From Gammaproteobacteria bacterium RIFCSPHIGHO2_12_FULL_35_23 (GTDB lineage: Bacteria; Pseudomonadota; Gammaproteobacteria; UBA12402): a DNA stretch of 64,000 nt. Position numbers and translations under genes: made by a program. Positions 41,616 through 51,209 of this stretch are shown in pieces. The DNA lies in assembly GCA_001801465.1 (NCBI GenBank), contig MGXT01000014.1, forward strand, positions 139,376 through 203,375, read 5' to 3'. Each line of letters opens with the position of its first letter. Positions within the stretch are counted from its first letter, which is position 1. The notes beneath the pieces are model-generated. The model ran no database searches, had not been told where the DNA came from, and saw nothing but the letters and a program-made list of their open reading frames with translations.

Positions 41616-42806
41616 ATGTCCAAATTTGTTGCAAAGCGTATTCAAAATTTAAAGCCTTCAGCAACTTTAACGCTTTCAGCTCGTGTTAAAGCACTTAGTG
41701 CGGCTGGAGAAAAGATTGTTGATTTAAGCTTAGGTGAACCAGACTTTAATACGCCAGATTATATTTGTGAAGCAGCTATAGCAGCTATAAAAGCTGGTAA
41801 TAATAAATATACACCCGTAGGTGGCACTCTAGAATTAAAAAATGCAATTATTAGTAAACTTAAACGTGAAAATAACCTAAGCTACACCCCTACACAAATC
41901 ATTGCCTCAGCGGGTGCTAAACAAGCTCTTTTCAATCTATTTTTAGCTATTTTAAACCCTGGAGATGAAGTAATTATTCCAGCACCATTTTGGGTTTCTT
42001 ATCCTGAAATGATTACTATTGCTGAAGCCACCCCTATCCTGGTTAAAACAAACCCCACTAATCATTTTAAAATAACTGCTGAAGAGTTAGAAAAAGCCAT
42101 TACACCAAAATCCAAATTACTTATTTTAAATAGTCCCTCAAACCCCACTGGAAATATTTACAACAAAAAAGAACTACAAGCCCTAGCGACTGTTTTATTA
42201 AAATACCCTAATGTATTAATAGTCACTGATGATATTTACGAGCATATTTACTGGGGTAGTGAGCCTTTTTGTAATATTGTCATGACCTGCCCTGAATTAT
42301 CTGACCGAACCATTGTAATTAACGGCGTTTCAAAAGCTTATGCAATGACCGGCTGGCGCTTAGGTTATGCAGCGGGTCCTGCTGAGATAATTAATAACAT
42401 GACCACTTTACAATCTCAAAGCACGTCAAATCCTTGTTCTATTACTCAAGCTGCAGCAACTGCTGCTTTGACAGGAGATCAATCTTTTGTAACTAAGATG
42501 AAGCAGGAATTTAAAAGACGCTACGACTACTTATTTCAAGCTTTAAGCTCTTTACCAGGGTTTGAGATTAAACCCTGCCATGGTGCTTTTTATATATTTC
42601 CTAATATAGAACAAGCTATCAAACAGCTACCTAATATTAATAATGATGTTGAATTTGCTGAATTATTGATCAAAGAGGCTAAAGTTGCTATACTGCCAGG
42701 ATCAGCCTTTGGATATCCAGGTTATGTTAGATTCTCTTATGCTACTACCATAGATAATTTACAACAAGCTGTTAAGCAAATTGCTCAAGTACTAGGCAAA
42801 AAATAA
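41616..42806 (+). CDS. aspC: pyridoxal phosphate-dependent aminotransferase class I (aspartate aminotransferase-like)
   Basis: GEPDF, NSPSNPTG, DDIY, SKAYAMTGWRLG; GGAG RBS before ATG 41616. Confidence 0.9.
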   Translation: MSKFVAKRIQNLKPSATLTLSARVKALSAAGEKIVDLSLGEPDFNTPDYICEAAIAAIKAGNNKYTPVGGTLELKNAIISKLKRENNLSYTPTQIIASAGAKQALFNLFLAILNPGDEVIIPAPFWVSYPEMITIAEATPILVKTNPTNHFKITAEELEKAITPKSKLLILNSPSNPTGNIYNKKELQALATVLLKYPNVLIVTDDIYEHIYWGSEPFCNIVMTCPELSDRTIVINGVSKAYAMTGWRLGYAAGPAEIINNMTTLQSQSTSNPCSITQAAATAALTGDQSFVTKMKQEFKRRYDYLFQALSSLPGFEIKPCHGAFYIFPNIEQAIKQLPNINNDVEFAELLIKEAKVAILPGSAFGYPGYVRFSYATTIDNLQQAVKQIAQVLGKK

Positions 42807-42826
42807 GAGAAAATATAAGAAAATCA

Positions 42827-42855
42827 TTGACCTAAAACGCCTGGCTTATTAAGAT
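42827..42855 (+). promoter_or_regulatory. sigma70 promoter of tRNA-Asn
   Basis: TTGACC-N17-TAAGAT. Confidence 0.65.
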
Positions 42856-42878
42856 AGCGAGCCTTAAAGTTAACACAT

Positions 42879-42954
<76 letters not shown>

Positions 42955-43031
42955 TTTAATCAATATATTACCCTTACTTCTTAGCTTCCCACTTTATGGG
43001 TCATTCCCAAATTCGGGGGCACAATCACTAA

Positions 43032-43286
43032 GAGCATAGAAATCGAGTCTTACCTCCTTTACCCAAAGAAGAGCCTATCAATGTTATAAATAAGTTAAGC
43101 GATAATCTTTCAGAAAGATCTCAGCAAATTATGCAATGGGTTACCAGTGGAAAAATTATTATTTCAGAGGGTGAAAAATTTATTTCCATGTTATTCAATC
43201 AGTGTAAAATCTTAGGGATTATTGAACTATCAGAACGAATAAACTCTCTTGAGTTGCAAGTAAAAGGTATTAAATCCGTACAATAG
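43032..43286 (+). pseudogene. 5'-truncated gene remnant resembling the C-terminal part of DUF5681-type mobile-element proteins
   Basis: Start-less 85-codon frame RVLPPLPKEEPI...IMQWVTSGKI.ISEG...ELSERINSLE, followed by hairpin 43289-43309. Confidence 0.5.
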
Positions 43287-43512
43287 GAAAGCCAGCATTG
43301 CGCTGGCTTGTTGCTGGGATTGGAGATAGGTTCCCGCAAAGAAATATCAGGATGGCAGCAAATAACTAATAGAATGAGTATCTTATGATCATTATTTGCT
43401 ATTTCATTCTAAATTCTTTATTTGAGACTCTTATTATTTAACATAATTATATAAAAATATACATTTTTATAAATTTATTTCTAATTTCATTATTTTTATA
43501 TATACTATCATC

Positions 43513-44160
43513 ATGTTACAGTTTGGAAGTAAACCTACTATGCCAGCACTAAATAAGTTCAATGAGTTTTTAGAAGAAATTTATAAAACACGAGTTAGCA
43601 ATCTCCAAAAAATTGCCGATGAATATGGAACAGATAAACGCTTAGCCGAAGTCTTAGGTATTTCTCCTGGTAGATTACATAGCCTAATTAGAAAAGGTGA
43701 TATGAGCTTTACGGAAAAAATGGCAAGAGCTATTGAATCACGTTTAGATAAAGAACTTGGCTCATTAGATAAACCTACTGAAAGTTTTCTTACTACTCCC
43801 GTTTATGCTCTCGACGATATTAAAGATTTAAAAAATTGCTCTCCCATTACTTACGTCAATCATGATGCAAAAATACCTGGAAGCTACTTTATTCAAGTTT
43901 TTGGAAAAATTTATGAGCCTGTAATTTGTGCTGGTTCAAAGATACTTATCAACCCTCATAATATAGAATTAAAAGCTGATAAAATTTACCTGTTTTCTTA
44001 TATAGAAAATGAGCAATATTCAAGGCCTATCATTAGACAATATAAAGAAAATACTAGTTTTATGAATTTAGTAAGCCAAGAAAAAGAGATTTTTAATCAA
44101 GTGAAAGTATATGGCAGCTGTGAAACTGTAATTGCAGATATCATTTCAATAGTAAGGTAG
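43513..44160 (+). CDS. phage CI-like HTH repressor with degenerate S24-like C-terminal domain
   Basis: RVSNL...LAEVLGIS...EKMARAIE..L....GSLD; C-terminus FIQV.GKIYEP...GSKILINP lacks the catalytic Ser. Confidence 0.7.
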   Translation: MLQFGSKPTMPALNKFNEFLEEIYKTRVSNLQKIADEYGTDKRLAEVLGISPGRLHSLIRKGDMSFTEKMARAIESRLDKELGSLDKPTESFLTTPVYALDDIKDLKNCSPITYVNHDAKIPGSYFIQVFGKIYEPVICAGSKILINPHNIELKADKIYLFSYIENEQYSRPIIRQYKENTSFMNLVSQEKEIFNQVKVYGSCETVIADIISIVR

Positions 44161-44164
44161 ACGT

Positions 44165-44686
44165 ATGTACACCATTTTTTCAGAAGCACTTAGAAAAACC
44201 TGCATGTCATTCTCCTTAGCTTTAAAAAAAATTGCTTCTGGTAGCTACAAATATCTTGGTACTTATTATGATAAGGCTGAAAATAATTTAATGGTTCAGT
44301 ATCGGCATAATAATCAATATACCAGTGAAAACTATAAAACCTTTATCCATTCTTGCTATTTCAATATGCTATCTGGAAAACAGGCAACTGATTTATTTAA
44401 AGATATTCATACCTATAAGCAATCTAAAAAAAGGTTTGAATTATTTCAAGACTCTCTTGTACCTGAGTTATTTAATCTTAAAAATACGGCCACAGGAAAA
44501 GCAGAAGAAAAATTGCTCAAGGATATAATAAATGATGACTATATTTTAGAAAATCTACCTGGTTCGCAGATTAAAGTATTAATTCTAGCTTACGCCCATT
44601 TAATGCATAATAAAGAAGACCAAAAAATAGTTATTGAAAAAGATGGAAAAATTATTCATCTTAATCGTGAAAATAAACAACAATAA
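44165..44686 (+). CDS. hypothetical protein
   Basis: 173-aa ORF 4 bp after the repressor. Confidence 0.7.
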   Translation: MYTIFSEALRKTCMSFSLALKKIASGSYKYLGTYYDKAENNLMVQYRHNNQYTSENYKTFIHSCYFNMLSGKQATDLFKDIHTYKQSKKRFELFQDSLVPELFNLKNTATGKAEEKLLKDIINDDYILENLPGSQIKVLILAYAHLMHNKEDQKIVIEKDGKIIHLNRENKQQ

Positions 44687-44698
44687 AGGAAATGGTAA

Positions 44699-45337
44699 GT
44701 GTCTGAAAAGAAATTTATCTTTATTATGACAATTGTCACCATTTATATTACTGTTTCTTTGGTCTGTGATCCTTTAGCCTTTAGATTAATTAGTTTATTT
44801 GGACTAGTTTTTTCAGCCTCCCCTATTCCTTATGCGCTTTTATATCCTTTGCTTGATATGTTAACTCGCTCTCTAGGCAGAGCTGTTACTATAAAATTAA
44901 TTGTGTTATTCCATTTTAGTGACTTCTTATTTTCTTATTTACTTTATTTCATTAACTTATTGCCAGCGCCTGTAAACTTTCATTCTTTAGTAGCTTTTAA
45001 CACTGTAATACTTCCTCTACCACGATTATTTTGGAGTGGGATTATAGGAGCTATGCTTTCTGGTATTGTAGAGGTATTAATTTATGCATTTTTTCAGAAA
45101 AGATTTAACAGCTTTTTTCTTTCTTCATTTCTTGCCACTACGATTATATTATTTGGTCATAATGTACCAACCGAGCTACTTGCTTTAAAAACTTCATTTC
45201 CTACTAATTACGTCAGTATTGTAGCCACTAATTTTGGTGTAAGCATTTTTTGTTTAGCTATTTATGCAGCATTAGCTGGCTTAATATTGAAATATATAGG
45301 CATACCTTCTAGAAAGAAGTTACTTACAAATGACTAA
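44699..45337 (+). CDS. VUT/YhhQ-family (queuosine-precursor/vitamin uptake) transporter-like membrane protein
   Basis: About 212 aa, 6 TM segments; LAFRLISLFG....S...Y.L.Y...D......G pattern and LPAP...FN.V....PR motif. Confidence 0.65.
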   Translation: MSEKKFIFIMTIVTIYITVSLVCDPLAFRLISLFGLVFSASPIPYALLYPLLDMLTRSLGRAVTIKLIVLFHFSDFLFSYLLYFINLLPAPVNFHSLVAFNTVILPLPRLFWSGIIGAMLSGIVEVLIYAFFQKRFNSFFLSSFLATTIILFGHNVPTELLALKTSFPTNYVSIVATNFGVSIFCLAIYAALAGLILKYIGIPSRKKLLTND

Positions 45338-46793
45338 AACTACCCTTTCAATAATTGGTTTAGGTGCAGCAGGAACATCCCTATTTGCTCAGCTAATTGA
45401 ACATTTAAATAAAAATAATAAGCATCAAGAGCTAGTCATCAATGTTTTCGAACCTTCAAAGAATTTAAACGTAGGTATTTCTTATTGCACAGATAGCCAA
45501 ACCTCATTACTAAATTCAACAGTTGATAGAACCTCTCTTTTTGCTGATAATCTGTTGCATTTTTATAAGTGGCTACAAAAAAATAAATTAAGTTTAATAG
45601 ATAAATATCCCGTTCTAGAAAATATGACTCCATCTTCCTATTTACCTAGAAAGCTTTGCGGGCTTTATTTGCAAGATACTTTTAAACAATATGTAAAAAT
45701 TGCAAAAGAATTACATATTGTAGTAAATCTCATCAATGAAGAAGTAATCGATATTTGTAATGATAAAAATAAAACTGTCATCATTACTAATACCAATAAA
45801 CAATTTATTACTAACAAAATTATTTTAACGACTGGTCATATCTACGCTAATCCTTATAAAGAATTTAGCCAATATGAAAATTTTTTCTCTGCTCCTTATC
45901 CAGAAAGTACAATTATTAATAAGATAAAAAATAATAGCCAAGTGTTAGTTCTGGGCAGTAGATTAACTGCCATTGATCTCGCATTAAGCTTACTTAAGAA
46001 TGATACGCTTGATGTCTATCTTAGTTCTCGCTCAGGCTGTATGCCTATGATCAAAGCACCTTGTGAAGATTATCAACCTATTTACATGAAACTAAAGAAT
46101 ATTAAGCAAGAAATATCGATTGAAAAAATGTTAGCTATTATCCAAAAAGAATTTATACACTTATATAAAAGTGATGAAATAGTAGCCAATTTAATGAAGC
46201 GGCATTATAACGAAAATGATTTTCTTAATGAATATGCACAAACAATTGGCGGCTCTTCAAAATGGCAATTGTTGGCCACCATCTTTGATTCCTTTATAGA
46301 ACAAACTTGGGAAAAATTGGGTTTTCCTGAACGTAATGATTTTGTAAATAAACAACATGCCTTCTTAACTCGCTTTACAGCTACAATGCCTCTTGATAGC
46401 GCCAAACTAATTTCTCAGTATCTTAAAAGTCATAAAATAAAACTTATTTCTGGATTAAAAGCACTACAAAGGAATCAAAATAAGACTTTTAGTATTATTA
46501 CTGATGAAGAAATCATTAATAATATTCAGTTTGATTATGCTATTAATGCAACTGGATATAGCCATAATTTAAAGACACAGTCACTTTATGCAAACTTATC
46601 AAAAGCTAATAAACTAAAGTTTAATGAATATAATAGCTTAAATGTTGATGCTAACATGGAAGTTAAAGGTCATGATCTTGGGTCATGCCAAATATTTTCT
46701 TTTGGACCGCCTATTTTTGGCACAAAAATTATTGTCGATTTTTTACTTTTTATTGCTAATGATGCAAAAAAAGTTGTGCAAAATATTATTTAA
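45330..46793 (+). CDS. FAD/NAD(P)-binding oxidoreductase (YdhS-like)
   Basis: IIGLGAAG, G.SY, LLN, YLPRKLCGLYL, LTTGH, GSRLTAID, INATG. Confidence 0.85.
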   Translation: MTKTTLSIIGLGAAGTSLFAQLIEHLNKNNKHQELVINVFEPSKNLNVGISYCTDSQTSLLNSTVDRTSLFADNLLHFYKWLQKNKLSLIDKYPVLENMTPSSYLPRKLCGLYLQDTFKQYVKIAKELHIVVNLINEEVIDICNDKNKTVIITNTNKQFITNKIILTTGHIYANPYKEFSQYENFFSAPYPESTIINKIKNNSQVLVLGSRLTAIDLALSLLKNDTLDVYLSSRSGCMPMIKAPCEDYQPIYMKLKNIKQEISIEKMLAIIQKEFIHLYKSDEIVANLMKRHYNENDFLNEYAQTIGGSSKWQLLATIFDSFIEQTWEKLGFPERNDFVNKQHAFLTRFTATMPLDSAKLISQYLKSHKIKLISGLKALQRNQNKTFSIITDEEIINNIQFDYAINATGYSHNLKTQSLYANLSKANKLKFNEYNSLNVDANMEVKGHDLGSCQIFSFGPPIFGTKIIVDFLLFIANDAKKVVQNII

Positions 46794-46873
46794 TAACTTC
46801 CTGCTATTTAAATAAATCCTGCTATACCCTAATCGTTATCATATTATTAATAGGAATTAAGTAGGAGTATTTT

Positions 46874-47149
46874 ATGGATAACTTATTTATTATTAATCCC
46901 AAAATTTCAAATTTTGATCTTCAAAATGGTATTGATGCTCGTCTTAATAAAGCCAAAGCTATTGGGCAGTGCGTAGCAGTAGATATTTTTGAAGAAGACT
47001 CTAGTTTAGCGCATAATGAAGTTACAAATGCTTTATGGGCATTAGATGGTTTGTTAGAAGAAGTGTCATTGTTACAAGAAACTCAATACAAAAAAATAGT
47101 TGCTAACAGAAAAGAGCATGATGATGATGATGATGATGAGAATGAATAA
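46874..47149 (+). CDS. small acidic hypothetical protein
   Basis: AGGAG RBS; ends in HDDDDDDENE encoded by (GAT)6 at 47120-47137. Confidence 0.65.
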   Translation: MDNLFIINPKISNFDLQNGIDARLNKAKAIGQCVAVDIFEEDSSLAHNEVTNALWALDGLLEEVSLLQETQYKKIVANRKEHDDDDDDENE

Positions 47150-47308
47150 AAAATCTTGTCCCTATATTGAACTAAGGGGCACTATAGGGACACTTACAAA
47201 TAACAAGCAGTAATAAGCTGCAAGACTTAACAAAAATACGATTTATTTAACTTCATGATTTAATTGTTTTTATATGCTCTCACTTGTGATAACTTATTAA
47301 TTAATTTA

Positions 47309-47398
47309 GACTGTTAATCACTGGGTCGGCGGTTCGAGCCCGTCTCGGGGAGCCATTTAATCAAGGTCTGTACCGGAGACGTAGCTTCCCACTTTATT
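47309..47398 (+). repeat. att repeat copy 2: tRNA-Asn 3' half plus flank
   Basis: Identical to 42908-42963 over 56 bp; 47311-47398 identical to 56183-56270. Confidence 0.95.
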
Positions 47399-47437
47399 AA
47401 GCATGGAAGTCTAAGGGGACACTATCTATTAAGAATG

Positions 47438-47986
47438 CTATTTAACTTTATGTCCTAATATCTTTAGCGCTTCCTTGCCCCATTTTAAACGACTTTCCAA
47501 AGCATAAAGCCCAGCTTTTAGCGTTAAAAAATGATAGAGACTCTCTTTGCTTGCTTTTGCCTCTTCAAATTTTTCTGTGAGCACTTTATATGCTTCTACA
47601 CGATTTTTAACGGCGTACTGAAATTTTTCCAATCGTTGTATAGTCACTTTTGGATCTACATTCCATCCAAAAAAAATCTTTAGCAATAATTCATCGCGAT
47701 TTTGAATTAAAAGTGCATCGTCCGTTAGCCAGCTTTCTAATACTCTTCGACCTGCAGGAGTAATGGAATATACCTTTTTAGGTTTATTGCTTTTAAGATT
47801 CTGAGATTTACAGCTTACTAATTTTTCCTTTAATACCTGATTGATAATAGGATAAATTGATCCGTCACTTTCACGCCAGAAATGATCTGTAGATTGTGAC
47901 ATTGCCTTTTTAATGTCATAACCACTTGCAGCCCCGCTTGTTAGCATGCCTAGTACCGCAAAACGAGCCCGATTTATTTTCGCCAT
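47438..47986 (-). CDS. PadR family transcriptional regulator
   Basis: VLGML....SGYDIKK......FW.ES.GSIYP...KKVYSITPAG...DELLLKIFF. Confidence 0.93.
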   Translation of the reverse strand: MAKINRARFAVLGMLTSGAASGYDIKKAMSQSTDHFWRESDGSIYPIINQVLKEKLVSCKSQNLKSNKPKKVYSITPAGRRVLESWLTDDALLIQNRDELLLKIFFGWNVDPKVTIQRLEKFQYAVKNRVEAYKVLTEKFEEAKASKESLYHFLTLKAGLYALESRLKWGKEALKILGHKVK

Positions 47987-48019
47987 AAGAACACCTCTTT
48001 TTTATAAAAATACTTCACA

Positions 48020-48044
48020 ATAATATATCATTATGATATATTAT
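48020..48044. promoter_or_regulatory. putative PadR operator
   Basis: Perfect palindrome ATAATATATCAT-T-ATGATATATTAT between divergent padR and SDR genes. Confidence 0.75.
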
Positions 48045-48074
48045 GTCAATATAAAAAATGATAGAGGAAAAAAT

Positions 48075-48848
48075 ATGTCGAACATTATAATAAAAAATGC
48101 GGTCGTTTTTATAACAGGTGCTAACCGTGAGAGGGGAATAGGACGCGCCCTAGTAGAAGAAGCTATTAAAAGAGGGGCCAAAAAAGTTTATGTCACAGCA
48201 AGAGATATTTCTCAACTCGATAATCTGTCGTCCAAATATCCAGGAATCGTTGTACCATTACGATTAGATGTAACCAATAAAGATGAAATTGAAAAAATTG
48301 CTCAAATGGCTACAGATACTCAGATTTTAATTAACAATTCAGGAGTTTCAAGATATTGCGGTATTTGCTTTAATCATGACGAACAAGCAGCTGAACAAGA
48401 ACTCAATGTTAATTATTTTGGCACACTGAATCTCATTCGTGCTTTTTGTAAGACGCTTATCAAAAATAAAAATTCCGCTATAGCAAATGTTATTTCTATT
48501 GGAGGATTATCTCCTTTTCCTTTGTGTGCTACCTATTCAGTTTCAAAAGCTGCCGCTCACTCTTTAACATTATCTGTTAGAGCAGAATTAATGCCTCATA
48601 GTGTATCCGTTTTTGGCATTTATCCAGGGCCAATTGATACTGACATGGCTGATGGAATAAATCTTCCTAAAGAAACTCCTGCTAATGCAGCTACTCGAAT
48701 ATATGATGGGATTGAGCAAGGAATTGAAGACATCACAACAGATAGCTTTGGTGATAATTTTGTAAAAGCATTGAGATCAGACCCCAAAATAGTTGAAAAA
48801 GACATTGGAGATTATATCCATAAGATGCCAGAAAATTTTTTGGAGTAA
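48075..48848 (+). CDS. SDR family oxidoreductase
   Basis: TGANRERGIG, INNSG, YSVSK, PGPIDTDM. Confidence 0.92.
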   Translation: MSNIIIKNAVVFITGANRERGIGRALVEEAIKRGAKKVYVTARDISQLDNLSSKYPGIVVPLRLDVTNKDEIEKIAQMATDTQILINNSGVSRYCGICFNHDEQAAEQELNVNYFGTLNLIRAFCKTLIKNKNSAIANVISIGGLSPFPLCATYSVSKAAAHSLTLSVRAELMPHSVSVFGIYPGPIDTDMADGINLPKETPANAATRIYDGIEQGIEDITTDSFGDNFVKALRSDPKIVEKDIGDYIHKMPENFLE

Positions 48849-48943
48849 CCTTGGGTCTCACCTTTTTAATTATCGCCGATCTATAGCAGGTATGAAGGCG
48901 TTACATTTGGCTATGAAATTGCATATGAACATAATATCATATA

Positions 48944-48960
48944 CTTAAGAAAATCTTAAG
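48944..48960. promoter_or_regulatory. PmrA-type direct repeat
   Basis: CTTAAG-N5-CTTAAG. Confidence 0.4.
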
Positions 48961-49035
48961 TTAGATGACCTTCTTGAATTGATTTCTACGTACAATAGGT
49001 TCTTAATTTCTAATATTGAAGTAAAGTTATTAAAC

Positions 49036-49695
49036 ATGAATTCTTTCAATCGCAAGATTAAACAAGGCTACGATAACATCGCTGAAATTTGGAATAAGGA
49101 AAGAGAATGGTACATTGAACAACCATCCATTGATGAAGCCATTTCTCATTTAAAACCAAGGGCCAAAATTTTAGATGTAGGCTGTGGCTCTGGCAAACCC
49201 ATTGCCGCTTATTTAATCGAAAAAGGCTATGATGTCTATGGCGTTGATATTTCACCTAACTTACTAAAGTATGCTGAAAAAATTATTTCCAAGAAAAAAT
49301 TATTCAAAGCAGATTTATGTGAATTTACAACAGACATTAAATTTGATGCCATTATCTGTTGGTTTACTTTATTTCATATTCATGCAAAACATCATCTAAC
49401 AGTCTTAAAAAAGCTATATTCATTTTTACATCCTCAAGGCATTTTATGCATTACCTTTGCAGATACCAGTCATGTTATTGACAATATTGCGATTAAAATT
49501 ATCGATGAATACACTATTGAATCCAAAATGTTTGGCGAGTATTTTTGTCATAGTGGCCGCCCTGCTTTTGAAAATTCTTGTTTGATAAAAGAAGCTGGTT
49601 TTGAAATTATTACTGATAAAATAGATCAACCGGGAAATCAGGTTATTTTGGCTATGAAAAAACAGATAGTAAAGACCAAGGTTTTAAAGAAATGA
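49036..49695 (+). CDS. class I SAM-dependent methyltransferase
   Basis: ILDVGCGSG, GVDIS, FDAIICW. Confidence 0.9.
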   Translation: MNSFNRKIKQGYDNIAEIWNKEREWYIEQPSIDEAISHLKPRAKILDVGCGSGKPIAAYLIEKGYDVYGVDISPNLLKYAEKIISKKKLFKADLCEFTTDIKFDAIICWFTLFHIHAKHHLTVLKKLYSFLHPQGILCITFADTSHVIDNIAIKIIDEYTIESKMFGEYFCHSGRPAFENSCLIKEAGFEIITDKIDQPGNQVILAMKKQIVKTKVLKK

Positions 49696-50693
49696 TACAA
49701 ACTGAATCTATTTCGGAAAATAACAGTCTAAATAAAGCAGTTATCCAATGGGGTTACAATTGCCTGTCATCTCTTGGGTATACACTAAAAAGCGGCTCAC
49801 CAGAAAATGTGCAAAATACACCTTGGTCTTATGTAGTTCGTTTTGCAACATCTGATGGTTATATTTATTTGAAGCAAACGCCAAATCTACTTGCGTTGGA
49901 GGCTAACATTACTCAAATTTTGCATGATCAATTTCATGCTTCTGTTCCAGAAATTATCGCATACAATGCTGAGTTAAATTGCTTTCTAATGAAAGATTCA
50001 GGCAGGCTATTGCGAGAAATCTTGAAACAGCAATTTGATGTAAAATTACTTTGCAAGGCTATTGATCAATTTACATTAATGCAGTTAGCCGTTACAGATT
50101 ATGTCAATATTTTTCTTGAGATCGGTGTTCCAGATTGGCGATTAGATAAATTGCCTGATTTATATAAACAATTGCTTTCACAAAAAGATATATTGATAGC
50201 GGATGGGCTATCAGAAATAGAAATTGGCGAACTAGAGACGCTGCTTCCAAAGGTTTACAATTTATGTAAAAAATTATCCGGCTATTCTATTAAACAAACC
50301 ATTGTCCAGTGTGATTTTCATGACAATAATATCCTCATAGCCGAACCATCGAAAAACATTACCTTCATTGATTTAGGTGAAATAGTAATTTCACATCCGC
50401 TTTTTTCATTGGTAAGTTGTTTGCGACAAACAAAAAAACATCATGAGCTAACGGAAGAAGATGATAAATATCTACGACTAATGGATTCTTGCCTTAAGAA
50501 TTATAGGATTTTTAATTCTGAACAACGCTTATTAGAGGCTTTTAAGATTGCACAAACTCTATGGTTTATTTATGAATCATTAGGACAATATCGGCTGATG
50601 AAAGCCTGTGATAAAACAAAATTTATGGCTTTTCAACGGCATGGAAAACTTAAGGATTCGTTGAAAGCATTTATACAGCAAACTGTTTATTGA
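49692..50693 (+). CDS. aminoglycoside phosphotransferase (APH)/choline kinase family protein
   Basis: YLK, CDFHDNN, IDLGE...HPLF. Confidence 0.85.
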   Translation: MIQTESISENNSLNKAVIQWGYNCLSSLGYTLKSGSPENVQNTPWSYVVRFATSDGYIYLKQTPNLLALEANITQILHDQFHASVPEIIAYNAELNCFLMKDSGRLLREILKQQFDVKLLCKAIDQFTLMQLAVTDYVNIFLEIGVPDWRLDKLPDLYKQLLSQKDILIADGLSEIEIGELETLLPKVYNLCKKLSGYSIKQTIVQCDFHDNNILIAEPSKNITFIDLGEIVISHPLFSLVSCLRQTKKHHELTEEDDKYLRLMDSCLKNYRIFNSEQRLLEAFKIAQTLWFIYESLGQYRLMKACDKTKFMAFQRHGKLKDSLKAFIQQTVY

Positions 50694-50741
50694 ACAATAC
50701 ATGGCTCTAAATCACAAGTGCACTAATTTTAAATATATCTA

Positions 50742-51071
50742 CTATTCCTCTTCACTAAATAACCTGCAGCGCCAATCTGCAACCAATGCCGTTTCTTTAT
50801 TCTCAATAAAGTTTTTAAAAAAACTGGTGACATAATCTGCCGCGCAATGAATATCAAAGGCTTTTATATCGACATATTCTTGCAGTAGCACAATAGTATA
50901 CTTTGATTTACCAGGAGATCCTGGGTGAGAAATTTGCCTAGTTGCATGAGCTCTAACACAACCGCTTTCTTTTCGAGATAAATCCATCAATCTTTTAAAT
51001 TGCTGCCACAGCTCCTGAGCTTTACCCTCTTTAGGAAGCCACTCTGAAACAACAAAAACATGATCTGACAT
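50742..51071 (-). CDS. antibiotic biosynthesis monooxygenase (ABM) family protein
   Basis: SRKESGC, LLQEY....AFDIH. Confidence 0.75.
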   Translation of the reverse strand: MSDHVFVVSEWLPKEGKAQELWQQFKRLMDLSRKESGCVRAHATRQISHPGSPGKSKYTIVLLQEYVDIKAFDIHCAADYVTSFFKNFIENKETALVADWRCRLFSEEE

Positions 51072-51144
51072 ATAAAAATCCACCTAATATCACAGATTAC
51101 ACGTCGGATATTGTATACATAAAAGCTCATTCTCCACAATAATC

Positions 51145-51185
51145 TTGACATACTAACACTGTTAGCATTAAACTAACGGCGTTAG
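51145..51185 (+). promoter_or_regulatory. tetR promoter with tandem operators
   Basis: TTGACA at 51145; palindromes CTAAC-ACT-GTTAG (51153-51165) and CTAAC-GGC-GTTAG (51173-51185). Confidence 0.8.
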
Positions 51186-51209
51186 TTAAATCCGCAAGGA
51201 AATTAAATA

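Larger units (their letters stand above)
42955..47355. mobile_element. island 1 integrated at tRNA-Asn (no integrase)
   Basis: Bounded by tRNA-Asn and a 56-bp direct repeat of its 3' half plus flank (42908-42963 = 47309-47364). Confidence 0.8.

Noticed and set aside
43513..47149. Prophage
   Set aside because: Only a CI-like regulator is present; no structural, replication, lysis or integrase genes
47309..47355. Extra tRNA-Asn genes at 47309 and 56183
   Set aside because: They lack the 5' acceptor strand and D arm; they are att repeats
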